DNA from: Trichoplax sp. H2
Lineage: Eukaryota
NCBI GenBank assembly: GCA_003344405.1
Contig: NOWV01000103.1
Span: 1 to 64,000 of the forward strand
Reading direction: 5' to 3'
DNA length: 64,000 bases
A program made the translations under genes and the position numbers. The notes beneath the pieces are model-generated. The model saw only the letters and a program-made list of their open reading frames with translations. It did no database searches and was not told the origin of the DNA. This document shows, piece after piece, positions 24,260 through 39,382 of the stretch. Position 1 is the stretch's first letter. Each line of letters opens with the position of its first letter.

Positions 24260-27200
24260 ATGAATGGCCGTCGAGAACATCGTAAAAAAGGCAAAGCTTA
24301 CCGTTGGATCCATCCATCTAGTGTCTTCGAAGATGGTGGTGGAGCTTGTTATACATCTAAAGTAAGTGTTAATTATCGATACTTCTTGATTGCTATTGGA
24401 TCTCCATTTTGAAGGGTGCAAAAGATGATGATCAAGTTGAATTTTACACGCATCATCCAACAATAACAACAAGAGCGCAAGCAAAAAATTAGGGGGGAGG
24501 AGGACGGAAAGAATTGAGCCAGTTGAAAGGAGAAATAGCAGTCTAGATATCATCCAAGGGATAATCGAACTGATTGATGATGGACAAGATGATCATGTTG
24601 GATGGGGTTTATGAATAGAAGAGGGATTTATAGTTAATGGGTTCGATTTGGATTGATAAATTCATGATTCATCATCTCATCGCTTGTCCACCATGCATGT
24701 TTCGCAAGAGTAGCAAGCATGAGTAGAATAGACCTGGAAAATCGTCAAGACAACATGGCAGTAGCTCCATGTCTCTTAATTTTGTAATAGAGTCATACCT
24801 ACTCTAGATGAGATGAGTAATCTTAGTTCATAGCTCTATTGCAGGGAGTCATGGACTCTGTGATAGGGTATCGCTAGTGGACACCTTTGATATTCCTTTT
24901 TCCTTGATGTGTGCACTCTACTCTTGGATATTGCCCAAGCCTGATAAAAAGCCATCTAGGCAATCGACTTGCAAAGTACAGTGTAGTTCTACTTCATGTT
25001 GAATGGGCGAATAAATCCATTGGATAATATCCAACTGCAGTAGCAAATTTTTCATATCCTTTCCAGTAAGTTACAAAGCGTTAAAATCAAGTACACCTTC
25101 ATGATGGATTGCCTTATACGTGTAGTACTTCAAGTTCTACACGACAAAATCGTTTGAATAATTATACTGTAATGAACTGATCTACAGTACATAACTTTTA
25201 ATCCTTCTGGTAAATCTGATCATAAGATTCCTATCCAATGATCAACTTTATTCTACCTTGAACATGATCGACTAGATATGAATCATTCTCGATTACATAT
25301 GGATTGAAATGCAATCTTAAATTGTTCAATTTACTAAGTTTGGCCTTCAACGTAATCCATGCTAGTGATTTTCTACAAGTACAATCATGTCTTCCATTTA
25401 ACCTTAATTTTTGTTTTCACTAACCTACAATTTTATGCAAGCGGATGAAGCCATTTTAAAATACTATAAGAAGATCATCCACTTAATCATTCTATCTTAA
25501 ATTTGATTTCTTCTAGTACATTGGATGCATTCCGATCATCAGTTCTATACGAACCTGTACAGACGAACTTCGCACGGAAATTATTCGGTAAGTGCAAGTA
25601 TACAAGATTTACTGTATATCATGAAATCCTATACGGGTAAAATCATCACCACCCTATCTTTTTTTTATCCAGTCCCATTGCTTTCACCCTAGATACACTT
25701 TATAAATGCTAAGACTAAAAGTGATGCTGTTTAAATTTTTACAAGATCCAAGCAGCATGTTGTACTACGTTTGAAATTTGAAATTTGAATTTTTTTACTG
25801 CACCTAAATCCCCATGTGAATTCTCATCACAATTTCGTCCAAATAGATGAACAATCAATAAGATAAATCATCCATTAAAAAAGATTACCAATGTTTTATT
25901 TTATTGACCATCTAAACACTAGAAACGGAATTGAGTTTTATTGACATACTCGCATAGTAGATACAATTATATGATGAAATGAGGAAAGTATTTGAATTGT
26001 AAATAATTTTCTTGAACTGATCCTGATGTGTAATAGTTACTATTGCAAGACGATGGATACTTCTCATTTAAAACATCCTTAGATACTGTAAGTAACAAAA
26101 AAATAATCAACAACTTGATGTCATCATTCTTATGTCATCGTTGTTCATCTGTGATTGATTTCCATGTAATCCGCTAGCGATGATTCACAAATCTACTCCA
26201 TTGCTTTACCCTATATGAACGTATTCAATCGGACAATGCAGTACTGTCCAAGCCAACCATTCTATTTTTTCCACACCTGGTTCTTCTACCAACTATAACG
26301 CTTACTATAACTATGCAAAATGTAATTAATTGAAGGTAAAAGAATGAAAAGACAAACTAAATGGCAGTAGAAATGTTCATCATCGTCGTATGTAAATGAA
26401 TCAAAAAGATCGAAATACCGCAATGGTTTGATCGCCATCGCTTCATGATATCGATCCAACAGCGACAATGTTTTTACTTATGCTCATTGCTGAATGTCGT
26501 CAAATTATTATTTTTTTTTTATAGAATGACATAAGAGGTCCAATGTTAAAATCAATCAAATTATTGTATGCCAACATAAACAATCCACACTTTTAAAAGG
26601 GCACTGTTAGCTATCTTAATAAAGGAACACATATGTTAAAACATATTTTTGCATCTTTTTCTACTAATCCCTTAATCCATAATTGGCATATTGATCTGTT
26701 ACAAAAAAAAAAATCTGTTAGCCACTTGCTTAGCAACAATATCTTTGACAGCAAATTGGTGATAACTGTTGCCATTGACTATTTGCGAAATAGGTCAAAT
26801 TATGAATATCCATATCCACACTACTATTATACATCGTCTATGTTATAGCGACAGGATTGAATTTAAATATCTAAACCACTAGGTCACTTGTCTTGGATGT
26901 TCTTTCCCGATAATTTCAGGACTGATGATAATTTGGCTTACTGTAATCAACAGTTCTACGGAATTTCATCATTGAATGAATTGCTGCCGGTACAAATCAA
27001 AACTGTCGGCATCGACATAATCAATTTTCTAACGGTGATAGGAACGATAACTCTAGTCTGATAGGCTTACCCGCAAACTACCAACTATATCTAACATATC
27101 GACGACAGTTCATGGCTTGCCTCTCGCCAACAATCACCTATCTTCTGCATTATACTTGTACCGTAGATACAGTAGTTTTCTTTTTGAATTACTTACTACA

Positions 27201-30200
27201 CATACAGTAAACTTAATATATCAAGCTCAATGGCGCTATTAACATGTGATATCCCCTTTTGCAGCATTGATAGTTGAAACAAAAGTAATAGACATAAAAA
27301 TGAGAAAAAAAGTTTCCTTTAAAGTTGTTACTGGAGTAATATTTAAAATATCTCGTATCGATATAGTTGTAGCTGCCAAAGCCATGCGCCTTGAATAATA
27401 TCACAAAATTACTTTTGGAGATAAAAATGAAGAGAAAAATCAGTGATAGACGGATACTACGATATCTAGTATCCTGGCAGATTCGGTTATCGATCAAATA
27501 TGGGAATGGTCAATCCGAGGAGATGACCAACTACAAAATGAGTTTTACATATAGAACGATCATATAGAGAGCAAAAGTGAGAAGCCAAATTGGGGGATGT
27601 ACTGACAAATGCAGTATATGGACCACTGTTGGAATTCCACGCTAGCTAGAGCTGCCAAAGCCATGCGTCTCAAGTCTTGACTAATTTCACAAGATTTCGA
27701 GATTAGCATTCGCATATTAGTCCATGATAGTTTTACGAGTACCCAATTTCTATGTAATGATATAGTTATCCTTGGAAAATAATATTTAGACGTGGATATT
27801 GTACAAGTGTGTAGATTGATAAACAGGATTCGGTTAGAATAAAACTAAACCCAATTCCTCTGATATACAGCACATGTATTCTACAAGATGAATCGATTAC
27901 TTCTTATAGCTACGGGAGTCGCTCAATTTTTAATCCGTCACTGCTCAGTGCTCACAATTATTATTTTAATGCCGCCGATGTATCAATCTTGAATCATTAA
28001 ATTTGTCAAAAGTAATTCGGGACTTTTTTAAAGAAAGAAAAGTGCTTATAAATTGATCCATGTTTCAATTTAACCTTAATGTTCGTATATAGTGATGCCA
28101 TTTCAAAATGCGCGATAGAAACAAAATGTGGCCCGTACAAGGATATGAAAAAACGAAAGGTACTGACAACCTCAACAAATCAATGATCATATAGGCGCAC
28201 CTTCTCTAGTACTAAGCAGTCGAATATAACGCTGAAAAATGAATAGCTACAGCCTTAACCATAGACGTCTTCATAGTTTTCAACTCGAATATTCCTTTAT
28301 ATTATATTTCAATTTAGATGAGCAAGCAAGCAGCAAAGTTTCTCGGCGGTAATCACGATTACAATCAATTGATTGTGCCTATTGCTAAAGTGGATTGACA
28401 AATTAAATAGGATCTTATATATCGTTACTTGGATTACTTAACATCAATCATATTTGATCTTCATTTTCTTAGCTTATGCTAAAAATTCATTTGTTGGTCA
28501 TGAAGTTGGTGTAGCCGTGACTGTAACTCAAGTGATTACTTATGATATCAAGTTAAACGAGGTATGCCATTAGTATATTATGATGCAGTATTCCTAATGA
28601 TGATCAAGTTTTATACTATACTCGTATTGTGCAATAGATGCTAAGCGACTATTTTACAACATCTATACACATGTATTAATTATAATTTCATGTATCAGAG
28701 TATTTTCAATCACAGCGTCAAAGGCATTTCCTACGTTGCTTGCGGTGAAAAGGTTTGAATTTGATATATGTCTCATATTTTTTTATTCAAGTTTACCACA
28801 ATATTTCCTGATAACACTGACCAAAATTTCTATATACAATGATAGGAACAATCTCAGTTTTTAGCCTATGTCGCTAAAGAATCTGCAGACAAAAGATGTA
28901 AGTTTAGACTTGAACGCTCATTTCTGAACAATCTTTTATTATTTGTGTTCAAGCCATAAGATTAAATAAAGAATGATTGGAAATTACTTCGAGACAAATA
29001 AAATTGACATATTTCAATTAATCAAGGCTGCTACGTCTTCTCCTGTGAAAATGACGTTGCTGACTGTTTGGTGGTAACACTTGGTCAAGCTTTTGAATTG
29101 TGTTATAAAAGAACTACCAAACAAGCTAGAGCAAGCGCTCAGCAAGCAGTCGATGGTGAAATTCCAAAGTAGGCCCTGTAGTCCTTATTTTTATATATTC
29201 TATTCGTACCTATCTTTAACTATACTTTTTCATCTTCTCGCAATTTCTATGTGTTAGTAATATGTCTAAGAACAAAGATGTTAATGAGCTGGAATCTCAG
29301 GTACAAAATTTGCCAATTTGTATTGTAAGCAATGCAGCTCTTTCAAGAATGAATTAATAAGAGTATATTGTCCATGTATGTGTAGGCGAAATATATCAAT
29401 GATGATATTATCAGAACGTTAACCAGACAACCGTCAGCTCCTCCTGAGTTACAAACCTCTGTTCCTCCTGAATTGCAAAGCGTTGCTCCTGTTCAATTGC
29501 GAGGCACTGCTCCACCAGATGATCAAAACTTATCGGTAACAAAGTTATAATCAATCAATTACTTCTTAGTAGTAGAGCATAAGTAACTTTTATTTTTAAT
29601 CGAAAAATTAGGTACCACCTAAAGTTTTGCGCAGCCAATCAGCCCATATCGAAACCGAAGTTGCCTTAATCGATTTATCTGTAAGTCATTATAATTTTGA
29701 AGTTATACCAACGTAATATAAGTACCTATGGTATGGCAGTATTTCAATCTCTAATACTTTTATTTAAGCTATCAATATGTTTAATCGATAGGATACGACA
29801 GGAAATATTAATGATAGGTTAAAGGATAGCCATTTAGTTGCTACTAATGATCCATGGGCAGAAGTGATGGCCTCCAATAATCCACAAGATGTTTACATCA
29901 ACACGAGCCCACCGGAATATTATAATATCGTCAATTTTGATGTATGTTATCAACTCATGCAATAATAACATGTTCGATTGATCTTCCTTACTGATGTTCT
30001 ACTTTTTCCATGCATGTTTAGGTTCCATCTCATGTGGCTAATAGTGTCGGTAAATATCAGAATTTACAGTTTACTTTCCTAGAAATAATCATCGTTATTT
30101 ACAGTATATCGATAAGATCTTCGCTACTGAATTCATTAATAGAGTAATAACTTTAATTAATGCAGGGTTAGCAAAACTCCAACGTGAACTCTGGTATCAT

Positions 30201-30613
30201 GGGGGTCTTAGTCGTGGTGATGCGGAGAAACTATTGCAAAAAAATGGTCAATTTCTAGTTCGACAAAGTGTAAACAACCCTATGCAATTTGTATTAAGCG
30301 GCATGATCGATAACGTACCACATCACGTTCTTGTTACTAATGAGCAAGGCATAGTAAGTCAATGGACTGCCCAATGGCTCTCCGATAACAACATCCTTTG
30401 TATACTCAAAATTGCAGTATTCTTTTATTCTGTCTCTGCTAATCTTAATATATTAATCTCACACTTTTGTTATTATCATTGCAGGTTAAAACACAGGACT
30501 ACAAATTTGATAGTGTCAGTCAACTTGTTGAATTTCATCGAAAATCCGATAAACCTTTGGTGTCGCAAACCGATCATCTTTGGCTTAAATTTCCTATTCC
30601 CAGGCAGTGTTAG
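24260..30613 (+). CDS. SHC: SHC-family adaptor (N-terminal PTB, CH1 linker, C-terminal SH2)
   Basis: Exon 1 24260-24361 MNGRREHRKKGKAYRWIHPSSVFEDGGGACYTSK (in-frame TAG upstream). Exon 2 25517-25587 YIGCIPIISSIRTCTDELRTEIIR. PTB motifs LAYVAKE and TLGQAFE. SH2 WYHGGLSRGDAEKLLQKNGQFLVRQS...VKTQDYKFDSVSQLVEFH. Stop TAG 30611-30613. Confidence 0.92.
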
Positions 30614-32244
30614 GATCATGGCTAATAGTTTTCCTTCTTAATAAATAGTAATTTTATTGCTATAAACTTTAACGTGACATGGAAAATTTAGGATTGATAA
30701 CTAGTAAATTTGTACAAATTGTATTTGATCATGCTAGTAATATACGTACATTATTTATCATTACTTTTTTAAAATAATTTACTAGAAATCATTTAGTTGA
30801 TAATGCATGTTACATAATTTGGTCAACTCTATTATTTGTGACATCCTTATACATATAATCGTGTATCAGTAGTACCTATATAGTAAGTAGGTTTACATTA
30901 GTTGCTACATTGCTGATATCAAATATTATCATGGCGTTAAGACTAGTTCAGCCATACTTGCACCGAAGCAATTTCGATATAAATGTTATTAACCATGGCA
31001 AGAAGATGGATACGATACAGCTACACTTAGTTTAACACGGCGGAATGAACCACTTTTAAAGTAAAAATTATCGCTGTTGAAAAGGCTTATTACATGTACT
31101 TACGTCATTGCTTCAACGTTTGTTTGATGGAATGTTAACAACTATGTGCCAAGTCTCAATAACAAATGTTCGTCGTTTACTGATCGTTAAACATTAAAAT
31201 TGTAACTTTGTTTTATTTTGATAGCCCTTTACCAAATAACATAACTATATCCATCCATTCCTCATTTAATTTAGATGGACATTAATGTAATAATCCAAAT
31301 CTTATCATTATGTATTTTACTATTCCATGATGGACATAATAAAGAGTAATAATCAAGTACACTCAACCTTCCTATATATTTTTTTTACCCGAAATGACCC
31401 AAATTGACGTTATGCTTGGTATTTCAATCAAATCCATTAAATGCTATCTTTATAAATATCTCTTCAAGTAGGATCAACTTATAGAACAACGTATAGTACT
31501 TGTAGTTGATTGGTTACCGTAGAAAGGCAAACAAAAATGATTATACAATATTAATAAGCGAAATGAGAGATGACACTGGATAGAACACTGTAAAAGCCGA
31601 TTTAAATGCTATGAAGAATACTTACAGAATATTAATTAGTATTGTCATTACTAGATAAAGAGTAATTAGAAGTCTAGAAAATGGACTTATCCGAATATTT
31701 TTACAACTGCCACAGTTTACTCTTCATACCAACTTACTTGTCGTAGTAACTTCATAAATAATTAATTTATTCAAAGCGTAATTTGAAGAGCGACAAATTA
31801 AACTCAATGCACCGCTTTATCGCTTATAAGTGTTTTTACTGTACAAGTGTTCATAGAAGTAATCCAACAAAAATGATGGTATCGTCTAATAGTAATCACA
31901 ATATTATACCTCATAGTGAACAGTGATGCAGTAAAACCAGTATAGAATATATGATAACAAATAATTTCATGAAATAAAATTTGCATTTTATACAGTTAAT
32001 ATTATTAAATAACAAAGAGCTGACCAAAAAAATTTCCGTGATTACATATGTCCATAATTTATATTAACTACATTCATCATACCAATATACAGTACATTGG
32101 ATTTTAAATGAAATTACGCAATTACTTATGTGCTTGAAGTAACAAATTGTAGCAGCAGAAATCTCTAATTTATTAATCAAAATACATGATCATTGAATAC
32201 TAATAGATTTCTAACAGTTTTTAAAGCATGCAAACCTTGGGGAA

Positions 32245-34161
32245 TTACAATATTATACATGTACAACAAGAACATTTAGAACCCTCTTGTGTTACTACTC
32301 TAGTTGGAAAAAGATCAAATTCTTCATCATCCGTTGCTTCATCCAGTCGAAAACCATCTTTCATTAATTGCTGCTTAATTTCAAAGATCTTAAATAATGA
32401 ACAAAAGGAAAATCGATCTTTCATATTCGATGCCATATATGACATAACACCTTATTCTTATAATTAATTATATAAAATAGGATGTGAGTATAATACTGTA
32501 ACAACACGTTCACGATTATACAAGTAGATAAAAAAACTTACTTCTACAGGTTGCAGCATGGCACTATTGTCGCTTTAATACAAAAATGTAAAAGAATAAT
32601 ATTATTATTTATCTTTATTGAGTAAAATAATTAAAATCTTATCTGATTAACAATTAATTAAAGCGTAGTATTGATGAACACGGAATTGCATTATTTTGAC
32701 GGAATTTATCCGAACTACTGCATGTAGGTAATGCGGAAACGTAAAACATCTGCACGATCTACCAACTAAACCTTAATCAGAAAAACTTTAAATGAATTTC
32801 AACAATCAGTTACATACTTAGCTTCATGATTTAGAAGTTGTTTTCCGTCAATTTTACTATATTTTGGTGGTCTAGCATAAAACAGATATTTAAAATATCA
32901 TCATATAAATCAGTTTTGCTATGAATTAAGATGTAAAAGTATACAAAAACCGATTTATTCAAATAACACTGGCTGCATTGAATACAGGTAATCAATGTAT
33001 AACATAGTATATTCAAGACGTTCAAAATTTTATCACAAATGTAGGGTTATTATAAAGAGCATAGAAAACGATAACATCGCAAGCTACTTCTAGGACAACT
33101 ATCAGTAAATCTTCTCATCGTTTTATTCTCCTATGTTATTTATGTCACATTTTATAATGCAGAATCACTAATATGTTACCAATCCAATGCCTTTAAAAAA
33201 TTAATAAAGTTAAAATAAGTGTATTACAGAATCAATTATAGCTGAAATTAATCTATCTGTACACTAATAAAAAAAAGTAATGGTGATTCAATAAAGTGAC
33301 ATCTTTATCCACTTTATAGCATAATTACCGTATACCGTATACTGTACATATATCACAAAATCTAAAGCTAAGTTCGTAGCTGCTGTTTTGATGCTCGCTC
33401 ATCATTGACAATAATTGCCTAATTTAATCCATTACCTATTTGAACTGCTTTTAGGCAATATTCTCGTTTTCTCTTTACTTTTATCATTATTTAATTTCTT
33501 CGTCATAATCTTATGATCCTCTGTAATTGTTTTAAAAATGGAAGACATTTCTTAACACTATTGATATAAGAATGAGATTCCAAATCGTATAATCTAGAAG
33601 TTATAAAATGATTCTTACACTTTTTTTAAGCCTACACTTTTAAGGTAAATGACAATTTGTACGGTGTTATAAAAGATAGTTACAGTGGTCAAGAATTTTT
33701 GAAGTCATGCTAGGAGTAAGTAATCAAACCACAATATAAATCATACGGACTAAATTTACCTATTATAGCTAAAAGAATCTCTAATCACAGTTACTTATAT
33801 TAAATAATTGGCAAGTTAGTATGCCATAGTTTAAAACGGAAATTTTGCGTTTGCTATACTACATTACTGCGACCACTAAGCATTATTCATTAGCAATATA
33901 ATGCACAATTTGTGAATTACAAGCATTTCCAAGTCATAATCTAATCCATGGCTAGTATTAAGAGATTCTAACTGACTAGGTGTGCTACATAAGAAGTGTG
34001 ATTTTGATCATACTGCATTTGTCATGATACTGTGGATAGCCTGTGATCTATTTATCAATTAGTGGCACCTTACCGATTTGCTGTAATCCATGTGATGGTT
34101 TCATTACTTTTTTAGTTAATTTCTTGACACGACTTTCGCGATTATCGACTTCGAAAAGGAC
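32245..34161 (-). CDS. FAM219: FAM219-family small protein with C-terminal CaaX (5' end unresolved, upstream of 34161)
   Basis: Five phase-consistent GT-AG exons give VLFEVDNRESRVKKLTKKVMKPSHGLQQIEDHK...PPKYSKIDGK...MLQPVE|IFEIKQQLMKDGFRLDEATDDEEFDLFPTRVVTQEGSKCSCCTCIIL*. QLMKDGFRLDE..DDE..DL.P plus the Cys cluster matches recalled FAM219A QLLKDGYRLDEIPDDEDLDLIP...CMCC. Confidence 0.85.
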
Positions 34162-37100
34162 CTTTTAATAAATAAATCATCCAATTCAATCAAATGAGTA
34201 GCAATGTTATCACATTTTATGTAGCTATCCATCCGATTAATTCATAACTGGCTTGACGATAAACTCATTCCACTGTATAATGGTAATAATTTAAACTATG
34301 AAACTTTCATAAAATTAAGCAAGCCATCCATTGCAGGCATGATAACAGGTAAAGTACAGTTTTAGGCTTGTGATTTGACGTATTTTGAATCATCATGGAG
34401 GCATCATGAAAGGGAGAAAATAGCGATGGTGACTGTTTCTATATATCTGAAGTAAATCGATAAGTACGGTTTGCAGTTGCACTGATGTTGTTTACCGTGC
34501 TCGCATGGCGGATGTGAAATTTGTATTTCTGTTTTTAAAATTTACCTGATTAATCATCTAAAAGCTAAATAGCACACTGTTGGTTTGCAATGCCGTAATT
34601 AATTCTTTCAATGTAATTATTTAGGGTACCCCGCATTAGCGTGTCCTGTCAAGGACAAGGTAAAGATTAAAGGTAGCCAATGATAGAATCGCAGAGGTGA
34701 AAAAGATTACTCTATGGATTGAAGTTAAGAAAAACTGTGAATATTACATAGTTAACTGAGACGTACACTATGGCATCTGATCTCTTTTAAGTTTACAAAC
34801 TGCAGCCTACTACAGTACTTTCATAATAACATAAAACTTCAATTCTTGTCAAGTTAGTGATAAGAAAGTTTCATCATGTTCAGTTGATGGGTAAAATGAA
34901 CCAATTATATTATCGTTTTGGAGTCTAAACTTGTTGAAAGGCAATAGAATCCTATTTTAATACTACGAAAATCAATTCTTTTCCAATGATAATGGCTTTC
35001 ACAGATGAAATAGTTTGGTATCAAAGTGATGATAATTGCATATCAATATTTTACCGAAATAATTATTACTCATCATGACAGAATATCCAATGTTCACATC
35101 ATTCATCACCAGGTGAAGGTGAATGATTATTCTAACTGCGGATTGATGATTGATAAAATCAAGATCGAAATGAGTCTGGATGATGATAACTACAGTAGAG
35201 TACATGAAGAAATCATGTTAGCCTAACACGATACCAATCCTGTATAATCTGTCTGCCGACTATGCTCGGCTAGTAAGCGTGTTGATTTTTTCATTTACAA
35301 GACTTACGAAATGGATGTTAGCCATTTCTATGTCATAAAATAGGATAGCAGATGAGAGCAACATCAAGACACGGTCTACAAATAGTACACAGTCGATAGA
35401 AGGGATTGATTGTAGAAGGAGCAGATATTCCATTCTCTTAATAAGCTACATCAAGTATTGTCAATCGATAGTTTAAATTGAAGATCTTTTCTTCTAACAA
35501 GGTAAACTAGCTCCATTATTACTAAGGGATAGCATAAAATCATTGCCTATAACGTAGCTTTTAAGTATTTTAGAATTACTTCAGCTTGGTGATGGACTAG
35601 CTACGAGTATCCGTGCGTTGTCGTATTGCATTCAAGTATTGGCATTGACTGTTTCTATCGAGAAATAGCATCGTTTGTCGAGTGTAAAGTGCAATCCTAG
35701 CTTGACATAGTCGTATTGCATCCATCTACCACGCTATTCCTCTTTCTATGTATCATTGCAGTAAAACTCTTGTAGGCCATGAATTATATACGCGGCATCC
35801 TACAGCATAGCAATATTACCTCTTCATCGATGTCAGCATCGTCAGCGGTGGATGTTGACGATGTATGGCCATAACTAGCGAATCCTCCGATCAGGTTTAC
35901 GTTGACATTTCCCGTAGGCATTTTCAATATCTCATCCAGGACAAAACTGATCGATTGACAGGACTTTCCAATTCTACCGACATTCAATAATAGATTTTTA
36001 ACTTTGTAATTTCATGAGATGCTTTCAACTGGAGCCTACCTGAAGATGAAATACTGCTGGTCAAGAGAATGAAATCGACAATGTCATAATCCACTTTTAC
36101 TGGCCTACCCCCAAAACAGAATGACGATCAATTTTTCGATCGAGAAGCTTGTACTTACAAGTTCTACCTTAACCCTAGCTAACTCTGCAATGATCAGCAG
36201 GTATTCTCTGTCCAGATCTTTCTTCAAGCCAACTAACCCACTCGAAATGATTTTCCTCCTCAATACTAGCAGCCTTTTTGCAGACTAAAGAATTACTTTG
36301 TTGAAGAATAATGTTGTTGCTACTGCATGGACTAATCCCACTATCGCATGTAGTGTGTAGTCGATCGTGAGTATAGCTTTACTATGGCCAGCGATGGCAG
36401 GCATAAGATCAACTCAATTTGAACCAATCGTTTCTACGACGCCCTGCTAATGGCTTCCTAAATAAATATATTCCAACACCGTCGGTAAGTTAGCGTTGCC
36501 TTAATAGAGTTCTAAGTATAGTTTGAGTATATTAGCCGATGATATTGAATAGGGATATGCTAATAGTTTGCTAATATAGTATGCTAATGATGTCATAATA
36601 ACGTCATCATTGCTTCTCGGTGGCAGAAGATTAATTGACCTCGGTTCGATATCAACAGAACGAGAAGTAGGAGTGCTTGGCCTTGCAAATGGATTCATTT
36701 GACATACTGTAAAATTCTAGGTAGAAGAATCGCTTGGATTGGATGCATTTTGATTTGGCTTTTAGCAAGCTACTGATTTAGGCGCGTGTTGGAGATGATT
36801 TTTCCTTCCTTGTATTCTAATCAAGTAGGTGTGCTATGATAAGCTGTGTTTCTCCAACAGGCAGTCCTAGGAGAACAACTGCAAAGCTTCTACAATAGTG
36901 GACTCTACGAATGCGGTAGTGAAAAAGCGAACCGATTTGAAATGGGCATGCATTGATGGACAGATTCAACTAGCACCCACGATCTTGGAATCCATTTTGA
37001 GATGGCACTACTTCTAACGATAATTACAGCCTGTCATTCACAGGTTACTGTCTACTAGGAACTTCAATTTGCACGGCACTTTGAGCGGTTATGTATTATA

Positions 37101-38337
37101 AAATCAAGAAATATACAACAGTGACTAAGGCCACTTATGCCAGCGCATCTTCAGTTACCACACCAACGATTCAAAACTGGAATTCTTGCTCGAGGTTTAC
37201 TACTTCATATTTTGTAGTACATACAGTAACTACAGGACTTTATTACAAATCACGACATTGCACTGATGAACCTCGTCAACATCTACTGTACAGTAAAATC
37301 CCCCTACCATGGTCCTACAAATGCTACCTACTTTATATTGTTGTATTTCTCTTGCAAGTTTGAGTCTCTTGCCACCATTCCTAGCTAGAATCTACGATAC
37401 TCAAATGCGCCTCTCGTCTTGACTCTACTGTTAAGGGCAATCCAAGCTTAAAATAATTGAGATTATTAATTGATGAATTCATTCTACAGTATAGTTATCA
37501 CTCGTTTTACGAGAATATCTTTTCATTTTAGGCAGTTGATCAAAAATTCCAGAAATAAATATCGCATGTTTGTCAAGGATTTCAATTTTAATGTCAAAAT
37601 TTCCATGGCCTCTATACTGTATAAGAAATTTCAGTATGTTGTCGATCCGCCATGATTGAACGGATGCCAGCAATTTGCGCATCTCTACGCAGACTCAAAC
37701 CATAAGCGGAGTAATTATGACTTGGTATTTATAGGTATGGCTCGCCTTGTTACAACTTCGTGAACTACGCAGGTCTGCTGTACGCTAACAACGAACAGCG
37801 CAACTCCAATCTAAACTCTCAATGTATAGACTGGCGTTCCCACTGCGGAAAGTTAGATTGAGCTCTCGCTATCTTGCCCGCTCGTATTGATCAGCTTGCG
37901 AGACGAAAGAGCTCTACAGAATGCTTAGAATGTAGTATTAAGTATTAACTGGCCAAGGATGATTCTGTCCTACTGTAATGTGAGAAGTTGTATCTTGTCT
38001 TTTTCGACTACAAATCCCACAGCATACGCGTAAGCTGTACAGTACATGATGATGATAAAAAATGCAGATTATCATTTCAATGGAAGAGTCCTAACTAGCT
38101 TGACGTTAATGACTATAGCTATTTATTAAGGCGTCATAATTTTATGAAGAGTCATTTCATTCTGACTGCAGATTTTTTGAATTACATTTCATGGATCACT
38201 AGAAGAATAAGCACTAAGTATATTTCGAGTGGTCCATGGTACAATAGTATCTTCTAATACCAGAACAATACAAAAGATTGCTACGGCATCATGGAAAACG
38301 ATATCGAAACCCTTCCCTTTTCGACCATTACGATAAA

Positions 38338-38650
38338 ATACTCGTATACTATTCGTCAAAGTAATATGAAGCATGATACTGACGTATACGAAGGTAAAGG
38401 TGCATATAGATGAAATAAACTTGCAAACGTTTCCGATGTCGACTTTATGAAAGCGAATAGCCTCGTAGCCATTGAATCAAGACACAATTTTATACTCGTA
38501 TGCTATTCGTCAAAGTAATATGAATCATGATACTGACGTATACGAAGGTAAAGGTGCATATATAAGATGAAATAAACTTGCAAACGTTTCCGATGTCGAC
38601 TGTATGAAAGCGAATAGCTTCGTAGCCATTGAATCAAGACACAATTTTAT
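38338..38650. repeat. Head-to-tail duplication of a ~154-bp intergenic segment
   Basis: ATACTCGTAT...GACACAATTTTAT starts at 38338 and again at 38492, with few substitutions. Confidence 0.92.
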
Positions 38651-39382
38651 AATTTTACCCCCCCCCCCAAATCTACAGCATAATACGCGTATATTACCGT
38701 ATAGGAGTTTCACACCACATAGAACCATTTTCCACACTATGGCAAAACAAGAAAATACCATAACATGATAAAGCTTGACATGCTACGTCATCAGAACAAA
38801 AAGAATTAAATACATGATTTCAAAGATTTGATAATTGTTTATATCAGTAACTTTATCCAAGCGTCATAAATAACTTTTATATGAGTCTCGTCGTATAAAC
38901 GGTAAAATAAATTGTAATTTACAGACTGATCTATGACAAATGACGATAAATTTCAATATTTAAAATAACATTAACTATAAAAGCAAACTAGCATACCCTT
39001 ACCAAAACTTCTAAACCATTTTAATCATGGTTAACGTTGATTATTATTAAAAGTAGCAAATTACAAGCTTTCTCAAGTAACAATATGAAAATAAAGACAT
39101 GTGTACACTCAGATATATATGCTTATATATAGGTATATATCTGTCTGTATTGATACGATCTTGCCAAAATTAATCCAAATCGTGATGAAATCATGCGTGA
39201 GCAAAGTAAACCTGTAATACTAAATTCATTGTAGCGGTAATAATAGAAATAGTCAAGTTGATACCGTTAATCTATCAAATATGATTATTAACTTATGTTA
39301 CTGTATTTTATAACCGACAGCGGCGTTATTACATTTTACAAATAAGATATTCCTTATTTACCCAGTAGGGAAACAATAAATA

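Noticed and set aside
23215-24553. Minus-strand ORFs of 84 and 140 aa
   Set aside because: No recognisable homology. The longer one is antisense to SHC exon 1.
35400-37000. GC-richer intergenic block with short ORFs, possibly a decayed element or gene
   Set aside because: No transposase, RT or other motif, and no consistent exon chain found.
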